A DNA stretch of 54,986 nt, from IMG/VR virus record IMGVR_UViG_3300044795_000115, positions 1 through 54,986 of that record. One strand, given 5' to 3'. A model generated the notes under the pieces. That model searched no databases, was not told the origin of the DNA, and saw only the letters and a list, made by a program, of their open reading frames with translations. The stretch is from a virus (lineage: Duplodnaviria; Caudoviricetes). Numbering within the stretch: position 1 is the first letter of the stretch; every line of letters starts with the position of its first letter. Positions 37,581 through 46,469 of the stretch are shown piece after piece. Made by a program: the position numbers and the translations under genes.

Positions 37581-37585
37581 GGGCT

Positions 37586-37614
37586 TTGACAGTTTATCCA
37601 TCGTGGGATACCAT
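37586..37614 (+). promoter_or_regulatory. Sigma70-type promoter of the recombination module, with a palindrome in the spacer
   Basis: TTGACA-N17-TACCAT; TATCC-N6-GGATA inside. Confidence 0.75.
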
Positions 37615-37622
37615 TGATGGAC

Positions 37623-37784
37623 ATGAAACTGATTGAAGTGGCTTTGTGCCACTGCCAAAAGTGTGGTTACGAGTGGCAGGCGAAGACCCGAGAACCACCG
37701 CCGCGTTGCGCCAATCCAAAATGCAGAAGTCCCTACTGGCGAGGGAAGAGGAAGCGCAATGAACGAGATGTTCGTAATACTTGA
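37623..37784 (+). CDS. Zinc-finger protein (53 aa), probably leaderless
   Basis: CQKCGYEW...PPRCANPKCRSPYW; not in the ORF track. Confidence 0.8.
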   Translation: MKLIEVALCHCQKCGYEWQAKTREPPPRCANPKCRSPYWRGKRKRNERDVRNT

Positions 37785-37911
37785 AAACGCTTTGGAGTCG
37801 GTTTTGGATGATCCCTGGCATGCGGTGCTGGCACACGAGACGCTGGAGAAGGTGAAGCGGGCGCTCAGGCAGGTGAAGGAAGAGCGCAGGAGGGACGAAG
37901 GGAATGACTGA
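37759..37911 (+). CDS. Small hypothetical protein
   Basis: MNEMFVILENAL...; purine-rich SD. Confidence 0.55.
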   Translation: MNEMFVILENALESVLDDPWHAVLAHETLEKVKRALRQVKEERRRDEGND

Positions 37912-38010
37912 TCAACAAGCGATCGCGATCATGGCTGCGATTATCTGGACCGAAATCAGAGTCCCCGATCCACTCAAGGAGCAAGCGGCAGTCGACATTG
38001 CTGAAGAGCT

Positions 38011-39078
38011 ATGGAAAAAGACCATGAAGCGTGTTGGGAGTTATCAACCATGACAATGGAAACGATTGACAAGCAGTTGACCATTGGCGGCTCTGAGGTC
38101 TACGAGTTGTTGAATGAGCCAACCTACGGCAAAGGTTGCCGGCGTGCGCTGGCCTACCGCAAGCTCGGCTACGAGCCAGACTTCCCGCGGGAGCCTGGCT
38201 CATACGCGATACTCGAGCGCGGCATCCGCATGGAGCGCATCGCGGCCGAGATCTACGAGGAGAAAACCGGGCGCAAGCTGGTGAGGCGGAAGACTCAAAC
38301 CCACAAACAGTTTCCCTGGGCCCGGGTCTCGACCGACCGGCTCATCCGCCGGCAGAATGGCATGCCGACCGGGGACCTTGAGATCAAGACCCGCGGTGAG
38401 GGCCCGTTCTATAAGATTCTGCGTGACGGCCCGTTGAAGGCAGATATGCTGCAACTCGAATGGTCGTTGTGGATCACGGGGCACCGCTGGGGCGCGCTGG
38501 CCGAGCTGGGCGTGTTCTCGGAGTTGCCCATGAAGATCTTCGAGTTCGAAGCTGATCACGAGATGTTCGTAATTTTTGAGAACGAGGGCCGCCGCTTTAA
38601 TGAGGAAGTGTTCGTTAATCGTCAGCTACCTGCTCCTCCATTTGCGGATACGGATGAGCGTTGCAAGACGTGCAGTTTCCGCTTGCAGTGCCGTGGCGAG
38701 GCTGTTGATCCTACAGCGTTCGAGATGCACAAGAAGATCGAAGCTAGTAAAAAGCATCTGGTTCAGATAGAAGATCCTGACCTGGTGACTACACTGAACG
38801 ATGTTGATCTTATGGAAGCTGAAGAGGAAGCGCTGAAAGAGAGTATCAAGGTTGCGAAGCAGACTATTCTCGACCGCTTGATTGGCGCGGATGGTGCTGT
38901 AGTCAAGGGTTTTGGCACAGTCTATAGGTTGCCGGTAATAGCCGCGCACCTTGATACCAAGCTTCTGAAGGATGAGAACCGGGAGATCTATGACCGGTAC
39001 TATAGAAAGTACGATACCGGGAACTATAAATTGTTGCGTTATCCGTTCGTAAAGGAGAAGGAAGGAGAAGATGCCTAA
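38011..39078 (+). CDS. YqaJ/lambda-Exo-like PD-(D/E)xK exonuclease with Cas4-like Cys cluster
   Basis: IGGSE, GxxxE, STDR, LEIKT; N-terminal Cys plus CKTCSFRLQC. Confidence 0.88.
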   Translation: MEKDHEACWELSTMTMETIDKQLTIGGSEVYELLNEPTYGKGCRRALAYRKLGYEPDFPREPGSYAILERGIRMERIAAEIYEEKTGRKLVRRKTQTHKQFPWARVSTDRLIRRQNGMPTGDLEIKTRGEGPFYKILRDGPLKADMLQLEWSLWITGHRWGALAELGVFSELPMKIFEFEADHEMFVIFENEGRRFNEEVFVNRQLPAPPFADTDERCKTCSFRLQCRGEAVDPTAFEMHKKIEASKKHLVQIEDPDLVTTLNDVDLMEAEEEALKESIKVAKQTILDRLIGADGAVVKGFGTVYRLPVIAAHLDTKLLKDENREIYDRYYRKYDTGNYKLLRYPFVKEKEGEDA

Positions 39079-39541
39079 AGGAGTCTTTCAGCGCGGTCTA
39101 ACGCCCATACAACGTGCGTTGGTTGCGTTGTTGAATCATCCTCCTGATTCCGTATCTTCTTGTTGGTTATGGGATGGATATCTTAGCAGTAACGGGTATG
39201 CGATGCTAGGCGGGAAAAAGGGAAAGAAAGGCATAAGGGTCCATCGCCTGATGTTCGAGCATTTCTTTCGCAAGGTTCCAGAGGGGATGGAGTTAGATCA
39301 TCTATGTCGTGTACGCCGCTGCGTTAATCCGACGCATCTAGAAATCGTAACTCACAAAGAAAATATGCGTCGAGGATTCAATGGACGCAAAACGCATTGC
39401 CTTCGCGGTCATCCGCTTACCGGGGATAATCTACGGATTATTCGTAGTACTGGTGCTCGGCAATGTCTTACGTGCAAACGAGAAAGGGAAGGAAAATGCC
39501 GACAAACGGAGAGGAAATCAAAAAGGACGCCTTGCTGGTAG
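39071..39541 (+). CDS. HNH homing endonuclease
   Basis: CWLWDG, RVHRL, LDHLCRVRRCVNPTHLEIVTHKEN, KTHCLRGH. Confidence 0.93.
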   Translation: MPKGVFQRGLTPIQRALVALLNHPPDSVSSCWLWDGYLSSNGYAMLGGKKGKKGIRVHRLMFEHFFRKVPEGMELDHLCRVRRCVNPTHLEIVTHKENMRRGFNGRKTHCLRGHPLTGDNLRIIRSTGARQCLTCKREREGKCRQTERKSKRTPCW

Positions 39542-40365
39542 CGCCCGAAAAGAACACAGAGACGCAGCACTTTGAATATCTTCAGCGAATGGCGAAATTG
39601 TTCGCCGTGAGTGGTTTGTTCGCTGACATCAAAGGGGTTTCTGAAACCCAAGCGATTGCCCAAGCGTTCACTAAGATCACGTTGGGAGAAGGAATGGGGT
39701 TGACGCCGGCTGAAAGTATGACAGGTCTTTCGATTATACAAGGACGCATTGCAGTAAACGCGGAGATTCGCGGAGCTAGGATGCAACGTTCTGGGCTATC
39801 GTGGGACATTCTCAACCTTGACGATACAGGTTGCTGGTTAGTTTTGAAAAAGGATGACAAGGTAGTTACGACCCGGGTCAAGGACAAGGAAGGCAGGGAG
39901 TACGATCAGCCCGCAATCGCATCGTTCACCGCTGACGAAGCGAAGACAGCAGGTTTGTTGGGGAAAGAGAATTATATCAAATGGCGCCAGGATATGTACT
40001 TCGCTCGTGCTCTGACCCGGCTGCAGCGGCGCTATGCGCCGGGCGTGCTTGGACTGAGCATGCTGTCGCGGGAGGAAGTTGAGTCCGATCCGGCATTGCA
40101 CGTTCCGGTGGTGGTGCAGAAGCCTACCGTCCAGGAGAAGGCGGTTAAGGCGCTGGCCGAGGTGCGGGAGAAGTATCGTAAGGCGAAGCCCGAGCCGGCG
40201 GCAGAGGCGGCGACACCCGAACGGCCGGAGGCGGAAGAGCGGGTCAAAAAATCCAATCAGCGGGATGAAGGAACCCCTCAACCGTCCCCGGCCTCCAGTA
40301 AAGCGAAGACCCAAGCGGAGGCGAAGCCGCCGGAGAAGCTGTTCGAAGACGAGGAGGGATTCTGA
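39496..40365 (+). CDS. RecT-like single-strand annealing protein
   Basis: GEGMGLTP...IIQGR, FTADEAKTAGL, DMYFARALTR; next to the exonuclease; acidic C-terminus. Confidence 0.8.
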   Translation: MPTNGEEIKKDALLVAPEKNTETQHFEYLQRMAKLFAVSGLFADIKGVSETQAIAQAFTKITLGEGMGLTPAESMTGLSIIQGRIAVNAEIRGARMQRSGLSWDILNLDDTGCWLVLKKDDKVVTTRVKDKEGREYDQPAIASFTADEAKTAGLLGKENYIKWRQDMYFARALTRLQRRYAPGVLGLSMLSREEVESDPALHVPVVVQKPTVQEKAVKALAEVREKYRKAKPEPAAEAATPERPEAEERVKKSNQRDEGTPQPSPASSKAKTQAEAKPPEKLFEDEEGF

Positions 40366-40619
40366 TGAATATTGCGGTCATGTGTCCGGGGTGTTCGATG
40401 AAAATCAAATCGCTTGAGCTTATTGGGGGGAACTACCCCGCTGACGTGGTGGTGCTGGTGTGCTCGAAATGCGCAGCCATCCTGGCGCTCAATGATGACG
40501 GTGGCGTAATGCGGCTTGCTCTGGAAGAGTTCTTTGAGCTGAGCGACGAAACCCAGGAAGCCGTCGTAGAGGCTTGGCACACGGTGCGGATGCGGCTCGT
40601 GGCGGAGCAGGCGGTATGA
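40365..40619 (+). CDS. Zinc-ribbon protein
   Basis: CPGC...CSKC. Confidence 0.7.
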   Translation: MNIAVMCPGCSMKIKSLELIGGNYPADVVVLVCSKCAAILALNDDGGVMRLALEEFFELSDETQEAVVEAWHTVRMRLVAEQAV

Positions 40620-40855
40620 AAACCGATCCAGTTAACGGCGACTATTTCCAGTGGGAATATCGTGGTCTGAAATTTCGCGTGTATCCAAAGCCAGCGACCG
40701 ATGCGAAAGAAATCGTTGCCATCTTTGACGAGGACAACGGAAACCACACTCAGACCTACGGCGGTTATCAGGTGTGTGGAAAGCAATATAGCCGTCAGGA
40801 AGCTGCGGATCGAGCTTTGGCGTTTTATAGAGGCCGTGATGCGCGGACCCCATAA
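40616..40855 (+). CDS. Hypothetical protein
   Basis: MKTDPVNG...; ATGA-coupled. Confidence 0.6.
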   Translation: MKTDPVNGDYFQWEYRGLKFRVYPKPATDAKEIVAIFDEDNGNHTQTYGGYQVCGKQYSRQEAADRALAFYRGRDARTP

Positions 40856-41066
40856 GCCGAAGGTGGTCGAGATCCTGCCCGAGGAGGTCGACCGCCTCGG
40901 GGCCGGCCACTCCCTGGCCGACGTCGTTCCGCACGGTCGCGGCCCCGGGGATCCGCGGCGCCGGCGGCGGACGCCGATCACCACCTCGATCGACTGCATA
41001 AAGGGCGTTCACTGGCACTGCTACAAGCAGAACTGCGTCTGCGATTGTCACAAGCGAGGGGCATGA
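40839..41066 (+). CDS. Small Cys/His protein
   Basis: CIKGVHWHCYKQNCVCDCH. Confidence 0.6.
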   Translation: MRGPHKPKVVEILPEEVDRLGAGHSLADVVPHGRGPGDPRRRRRTPITTSIDCIKGVHWHCYKQNCVCDCHKRGA

Positions 41067-41557
41067 CCAACCACGGCAAGTGGTCGCTTGAAGGAGTGCC
41101 GCATCGCGGATGGGAATGTATCGGTTTCGCTGATCTCGGATATCCTGCCGCTACTTGTGAGATGTGCGAAGCGCAAGAGATCCGTTACGTTCACACCATG
41201 TCTCATCCCGATTATCAGGAGCCGCTGGACTGCGGTTGCATCTGTGCTTCGAACATGGAATCGGATCGAGCGGCGGCACCTGAACGCGAACGCCAGGCCA
41301 GGAACCAACAGGCGCGCCGGCAGGGCTGGCTAAAACGCCAGTGGAAGATCTCGGAAAAAGGCAATGAGTATTTGAACGTAGACGGTTGTAACGTAGTGGT
41401 CTTTCCTGTCGGCGACAAATGGCGAGCCCGGATTGCCCAGCAACTGGGAGATCATAGCCGGTTGTCCAAACGGCTTTATCCCTCCAACGCGGCGGCGAAG
41501 TTGGCCGCCTATGATGCCCTGCCGTTGCTCCTCGCGTACTGGGCGAAGCGTCAATGA
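41063..41557 (+). CDS. Zinc-binding hypothetical protein
   Basis: VPHRGW...CEMC...IRYVH...GCICA. Confidence 0.8.
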   Translation: MTNHGKWSLEGVPHRGWECIGFADLGYPAATCEMCEAQEIRYVHTMSHPDYQEPLDCGCICASNMESDRAAAPERERQARNQQARRQGWLKRQWKISEKGNEYLNVDGCNVVVFPVGDKWRARIAQQLGDHSRLSKRLYPSNAAAKLAAYDALPLLLAYWAKRQ

Positions 41558-41563
41558 CATCGA

Positions 41564-41950
41564 ATGGAGCGAATGATGAGCAAAGAGAAGTCACAGATAC
41601 ACTTTCTCCTGGGCGATGAACAGGAAATCGTAGAAATGATTGAATCCCGCAAGTGGTGGATTCTCGTAGGCAGTGATTCTGTCTACGACGAGTTCGAAGC
41701 CAAGTTTTATCCGCGCGCGGTCGAAGATCTGAGTTTTATCACCGTGTTCGGCCCACCACCCGGCGATTTCGCTAAGCACTTCGGTGGCTTAATGGTTTTG
41801 CACTTTGCGCGTAAAGACAAGCTTGATATCCGGCAGCTGATCGAGTTCTTCAATCAGCATCCTGATCGCCAAGGGTTGCCGCCGATGCTGCTACCTGACG
41901 CCGACAAAGACATAATCTTTCTGTTGCGCGAAGGTGGGTTGAGTACGTAA
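41564..41950 (+). CDS. Hypothetical protein
   Basis: 128-aa ORF in operon context. Confidence 0.65.
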   Translation: MERMMSKEKSQIHFLLGDEQEIVEMIESRKWWILVGSDSVYDEFEAKFYPRAVEDLSFITVFGPPPGDFAKHFGGLMVLHFARKDKLDIRQLIEFFNQHPDRQGLPPMLLPDADKDIIFLLREGGLST

Positions 41951-41996
41951 AGTGACCGCAAGTTGAGCGAACCACGCCACAAGAACGGGAGAAAGT

Positions 41997-42212
41997 ATGA
42001 GCGTTTTTGAGAAGGATCACGAATATGCCTTGCAGGCTCAGGTAGCAGGAGCACCTACGGCCTATATTCCGCCGACCCGTCGTCAGCAATTGGAAATGGA
42101 ACGAGACAAACTCCAATCTATGCTGGCGAAAATAGAAGCGGCCCTGAATGCCTTGGATAAACACCCCGAACTGGAGGAGTTTATTGACACACTCCAAAAA
42201 GCCGGAATCTAG
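41997..42212 (+). CDS. Small coiled-coil protein
   Basis: GGGAG SD; heptad pattern. Confidence 0.7.
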   Translation: MSVFEKDHEYALQAQVAGAPTAYIPPTRRQQLEMERDKLQSMLAKIEAALNALDKHPELEEFIDTLQKAGI

Positions 42213-42287
42213 TTCGGGCCGAGCGTTCATAGAGCACCATGCCCCCAAGAACGCGAACTGACCCTAAGTTTGTGTAAATAATCGTCG

Positions 42288-42429
42288 TTGACAATTCCGT
42301 AAAGAAGCATATCGTGGCTTGATCGGGATTCCGGCCGGGATTCCGGTTGACTGGGTCTGGCTCGGGCTGGCGGCTCCAAAACGTTAGCCCGACAGGCTTC
42401 ACGCCATCGCGTCTTTGGAGGGCGTGTCG
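42288..42429 (+). promoter_or_regulatory. Promoter and structured 5' leader of the replication operon
   Basis: TTGACA-N16-TATCGT; three hairpins; loop CTCCAAA complementary to TTTGGAG. Confidence 0.6.
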
Positions 42430-42513
42430 ATGCAGCGTACCCGCGAAGAGCAAGAGTTTTACGACCGCATGGAGCAGACCGGCGCCATATTGCACCTATG
42501 GCGCTATCCCTAA
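42430..42513 (+). CDS. Putative leader peptide (27 aa)
   Basis: GGAGG SD; MQRTREEQEFYDRMEQTGAILHLWRYP. Confidence 0.55.
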   Translation: MQRTREEQEFYDRMEQTGAILHLWRYP

Positions 42514-42529
42514 CCCCCAGGAACCAACC

Positions 42530-42811
42530 ATGGTGCGGGCCTTTGCCGGCCCCCGCCCCTCCACCGTCCAACGCTGGCTCACCGAGTGGACCAAGGAGGA
42601 AATCGAGGCGGCGATATGGACGGTCGAACACAAGCGCCCGGAATACAAGCTGGTTCACCCGATCGAGGTTCACCAGACGGAGGACCTCATACCTGGCGAG
42701 GCTGTAGGAATCGTCAAGGTTCACGATTACAACCTGCTGATGGCTCAGTGTCTGCAGGTTGAGATGGACATAGAGCGGGAACGCAGGTTACTCGATGAAT
42801 TACTACGGTAA
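42530..42811 (+). CDS. Hypothetical protein
   Basis: MVRAFAGPRP...; overlaps the helicase start. Confidence 0.65.
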   Translation: MVRAFAGPRPSTVQRWLTEWTKEEIEAAIWTVEHKRPEYKLVHPIEVHQTEDLIPGEAVGIVKVHDYNLLMAQCLQVEMDIERERRLLDELLR

Positions 42812-44324
42812 ACCGAATGGCAACGCCCAGTTCATTACCGATTACCTGGAGCGGCAGGAGAAGACCATCCTGGCGACGGCGCTTTATAACCCGAAGCTGG
42901 TGTTCACCAATACGGTGCTCAAAAAACTCGCTCCCCAGGTTTTCGCTGACCAGGATCGCGCTCGGCTGTGGATACTGCTCAGAAAACTTTATCGATCTGG
43001 TGGTAGCTATGATCTGACCATGGTGTCGCATGAGTTCACCGCCCTGAGCGGAGCCCAGGCGGTCACCATCATTCCGGGTGAGCGTGTCGCCTACCTGATC
43101 GATCTCGAACCCTGGAAGCTCGGACATGTTGGCACCCTGGAGCGGCATGCCGAGGAGTTAAACCGCTATGCCCTGCTGCGCACGCTCCTCGAGAGTTGTG
43201 AACGCGGAGTGGCCGCGGCCTGTTCCTCGCCCTACGCCGATCCCAGAATGATCAAAGCGGCTTTCGATCAGGAATGGGAGCTGGCAGAACACGCCTATAG
43301 CAACAATGGCAAGTATGACCCGCGGGCGGATCTGGTCTGGCTGAACGGCGTTGATCCCAAAGACGTGGAATGGCTGTGGTACCCGTACCTGCCACTCGGA
43401 ATGATATCGTTGCTGACCGGCGATCCTGATGTCGGTAAGACCTACATCGCACTGAGTATCGCTTCCGCCGTTACCACCGGGCGCATTCCTACTGAGGCCG
43501 AGGGCTCGCGCGAACCCGCCAACGTGATTTATTTCTACTCAGCGGAGAACCCGGAGGAATACGTCTTACGTCCGCGGTTCGATAACGTTGAGGGTGATTC
43601 CAAACGTCTGGCGGTGCTGCATGGATCGATCATCGGAGAAGGCGATCAGGCTTATCGCGAGATGATTCACTTGGAAGACCTCTCCATCTTGGATAATGCC
43701 CTTGAGCAAACCAATGCCAGGCTGATCATCGGAGATCCGCTGCAGAGCTATCTGGGCTCCGAGGTCGACGCCTACCGCGCCAATGAGACCCGGCCGATCC
43801 TCGACAAGCTGGCCAGAATGGCCCAGAAACGTAAATGTGTATTGCTGATCCTGCGGCACCCGACAAAGGGCAGTGACAACAAAAAGGCCATCCACCGCGG
43901 CATGGGATCCATCGACTTCTCCGCCGCAGCCCGGTCGGAACTGTTTGCCGGCATGGTTGAAGACCAGCGCGCCATCGTCCACATCAAGAACAACGTCGGC
44001 ATTAGGGGACCGGTACTCGGATATGAGATCGACAGTGACAATCAGTTCAGCTGGGTACCAACATCCTTGACGGCGGAGCAGGTATTCACTCCTGAGCCTG
44101 ACGAAGAGGAACGCTCATGTTTAGGTGAGGCCTTAGACTTTCTGCGTCAGCAGCTGGAAGATGAACCACAGCCTCAGAAAGCATTAGTCATAGAAGCACG
44201 GAAGCATGGCATCTCCTGGGCCACCGTCAGGCGGGCAAAGGACAAGCTGAAGGTTCAATCCAGACGGCAAGACGCTAATAGCCCTTGGTTCTGGGAGCTG
44301 CCGCCACCGATCAACAGCTTGTAG
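42795..44324 (+). CDS. Replicative helicase/initiator: DnaB-N-like domain, AAA_25 (RepA-like SF4) core, C-terminal HTH
   Basis: GDPDVGKT Walker A, SAE, LIIGDP Walker B, RHPTK, GSIDFSAAARS, HIKNN; ISWATVRRAK HTH. Confidence 0.88.
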   Translation: MNYYGKPNGNAQFITDYLERQEKTILATALYNPKLVFTNTVLKKLAPQVFADQDRARLWILLRKLYRSGGSYDLTMVSHEFTALSGAQAVTIIPGERVAYLIDLEPWKLGHVGTLERHAEELNRYALLRTLLESCERGVAAACSSPYADPRMIKAAFDQEWELAEHAYSNNGKYDPRADLVWLNGVDPKDVEWLWYPYLPLGMISLLTGDPDVGKTYIALSIASAVTTGRIPTEAEGSREPANVIYFYSAENPEEYVLRPRFDNVEGDSKRLAVLHGSIIGEGDQAYREMIHLEDLSILDNALEQTNARLIIGDPLQSYLGSEVDAYRANETRPILDKLARMAQKRKCVLLILRHPTKGSDNKKAIHRGMGSIDFSAAARSELFAGMVEDQRAIVHIKNNVGIRGPVLGYEIDSDNQFSWVPTSLTAEQVFTPEPDEEERSCLGEALDFLRQQLEDEPQPQKALVIEARKHGISWATVRRAKDKLKVQSRRQDANSPWFWELPPPINSL

Positions 44325-44381
44325 CCTGAATTCGCTAACTAGGCTTGCATTGATAGTAACATCGGTAGTAGTAGTCCAACA

Positions 44382-44646
44382 TTTTACCCCCCCTCTGTAC
44401 ATCCTCAAATGAGCACCTAGAGCACCTAAGGCTTAAGTCGTTTATTTTCAGTTAGGTGCTCAAGCTCATTCTTAGGTGCTCAATGAGCATCTAAGGTGGT
44501 ACATTGGTGGTGAGTCAGTGGCACCTTGGTGGTGTCTTAGGTGCTCAATGAGCACCTAATGAGCATCTATAGTATATATAAGTAATATATACTACTTAGT
44601 CTTAGATGCTCTAGATGCTCAAGGAAGCGCATAAGGGGGGGTAAAA
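44382..44646. repeat. Putative replication origin with ten GAGCAYCTA iterons in both orientations
   Basis: Forward at 44411, 44420, 44485, 44550, 44561; reverse at 44453, 44473, 44538, 44603, 44612; 13-bp outer inverted repeat; AT-rich hairpin 44570-44594. Confidence 0.85.
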
Positions 44647-44690
44647 GGTCGTAGAAGAGGTAGAATTTACACATTACTGCTGGTTACGTA

Positions 44691-44948
44691 ATGATAAATA
44701 TAGGTTACGAAAGTTCATACAAGAAGTTGCTATATGGACACATGAACCCTGAGGCCTACAGCGTCGGATATCAGCGGCTTTTCCGGCTCCTCGGATCGAA
44801 GGTTCGGACGCCGACGGGCGTGGGACGACTCGAGCAGGTTCTCGGCGAGGACTGTGTCCGGGTTACGCTCAAGAAGCAGCATGACCCCAATCACCCCCGC
44901 ATGACGACGTTTCATTGGACTGAAGTGAAGTCACTTAGGTGGGATTGA
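44691..44948 (+). CDS. Hypothetical protein
   Basis: LGSKVRTPTGVGRLEQV, SH3-like pattern. Confidence 0.6.
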   Translation: MINIGYESSYKKLLYGHMNPEAYSVGYQRLFRLLGSKVRTPTGVGRLEQVLGEDCVRVTLKKQHDPNHPRMTTFHWTEVKSLRWD

Positions 44949-44969
44949 CAAAGCCCTTATGATGGGGGC

Positions 44970-45212
44970 GTGGATGAAGTAGTCATGCCCGTCGCCGAGG
45001 TCCGTGCCTGGATCCTGGAGCTCATACATCGCGAACCGGAAAACCATTACCAAGACGCTTACCTCCTAGGCAGGTTTGACGCCCTCGCTGATGTTTATCG
45101 CATGTTCGGCCACCTGATCGGTGGCCGCATCTGCCACTGCCATGAAAAGCAAGACGAAACACCAGGGCCATCTGTGGAAGGACGGAGGCCGGCTCTTGAC
45201 CGACGAACGTGA
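44970..45212 (+). CDS. Hypothetical protein
   Basis: GTG-start ORF overlapping the HNH gene. Confidence 0.5.
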   Translation: MDEVVMPVAEVRAWILELIHREPENHYQDAYLLGRFDALADVYRMFGHLIGGRICHCHEKQDETPGPSVEGRRPALDRRT

Positions 45213-45687
45213 GTTTACCGAGATCTCCGGCTCGCGCTACAATGCCATGGCCGAGCGCGTCCAGAAGTATCGCTTCTGTCTCCCCTTCTCCAAAGATCAG
45301 TTCCGCGCCTGGCTCAAGTCCCGCTTCACCAACGACGGCACCACCGCCTGCGTCTATTGCTATCAACCTGTCGACCTCCTCAACTCGGAGATCGATCACA
45401 TGCGCCCCCTCAGCCGACTCGCCATCGCCGACGACCTCGCCATCTCCAACCTCACCATCTCCTGCCCCAGCTGCAACCAGATCAAGGGCGAGCTGACCGC
45501 GGAGGAGTTTCGCCTGCTGCGCGACTTCGTCCTGTCCCCGCAAAACTTTGCCCCTGAAGGCGTCAAGAGCATCTTCGGTCGCCTCCAGGGCTATCGCAAG
45601 CTGGTCGAGCGCAACAAGTCGCTCAACCGCGCCAACATGGGTAAGCGCTACTCGTTCAAAGAGAAAGCAACCGGTAAATTTCAGTGA
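45142..45687 (+). CDS. HNH endonuclease (CxxC type)
   Basis: CVYC...IDHMRPLS...NLTISCPSCNQIKG. Confidence 0.9.
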   Translation: MKSKTKHQGHLWKDGGRLLTDEREFTEISGSRYNAMAERVQKYRFCLPFSKDQFRAWLKSRFTNDGTTACVYCYQPVDLLNSEIDHMRPLSRLAIADDLAISNLTISCPSCNQIKGELTAEEFRLLRDFVLSPQNFAPEGVKSIFGRLQGYRKLVERNKSLNRANMGKRYSFKEKATGKFQ

Positions 45688-45698
45688 AGGAGGATTGT

Positions 45699-46469
45699 AT
45701 GGGCCCATTTACCAGAACGTTAAGCATAGCCACGGTCTTCGTGGCATCGAGTCTAGTCGCGCAGGTGTCAATCATCCCTGCCGTCGCGAAACAGGGGTAC
45801 GACCCTAAACATCCCAGCGGTGTTCACATCGTCGAAAGAGCTACCGGCGTGGACACCATCCTGACCCAGATCACGGTTCATAACTACACCACCAAAACCG
45901 TCAACCGAATCGATTACGGCTGGAAGATTACCAGCCCGAATACCTGTCCATACTCGATAGAACCTGTGATTGACGCCGGCACCGCGACAGTTGACCTTGA
46001 TCCCGCGAAGGAAGTCACGATTGACCTGCCCGAATCCCTGAGCGGGGCCGGAACGGCAAGTGCTCTGGGGAAACTGGCAGCCAAAACCAAGGCACCGGTT
46101 GTGCTCGTCGAGATCGGCTTGCTCCGCGTCCGGTTCGCTGACGGCTCGGAGTGGACCGACAAAGAGGCTATCGAACACGCTACCTACGACAACGGACTCG
46201 CCGAGGAGACCAACGGCTGTGCGATCCCGAAATCGCCAGCCGCAAAAAGTTGTGGGTTCGCTCCGATAAGCGATGGCATCCAGCCGCCCGACGTCACCAC
46301 CTGCGTCGGCAGATGGTGTAACCCGTGGATGATCTATCTCGGGAATTGCGAATACTTGCAATGCGACATCTACTGCCCACCCTGCACCTCTGATGGCTGT
46401 GGTGCATGTTACGGCAACTGCGATGCTTCCTATTGGCCCTGGAATTGTTCGTCGAACCGCGTCCAGTGA
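45699..46469 (+). CDS. Secreted protein with Cys-rich C-terminus
   Basis: AAGGAGG SD; signal ...VASSLVA-Q; VRFADGSEW; nine Cys in the last 55 or so residues. Confidence 0.8.
   Translation: MGPFTRTLSIATVFVASSLVAQVSIIPAVAKQGYDPKHPSGVHIVERATGVDTILTQITVHNYTTKTVNRIDYGWKITSPNTCPYSIEPVIDAGTATVDLDPAKEVTIDLPESLSGAGTASALGKLAAKTKAPVVLVEIGLLRVRFADGSEWTDKEAIEHATYDNGLAEETNGCAIPKSPAAKSCGFAPISDGIQPPDVTTCVGRWCNPWMIYLGNCEYLQCDIYCPPCTSDGCGACYGNCDASYWPWNCSSNRVQ

Noticed and set aside
44400-44625. Repeats as a CRISPR array
   Set aside because: The units are 9 bp, occur in both orientations and are irregularly spaced; no cas operon (the Cas4-like nuclease sits with a RecT-like gene)
44945-44965. TTGACA...TATGAT promoter
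   Set aside because: The spacer is only 7 bp
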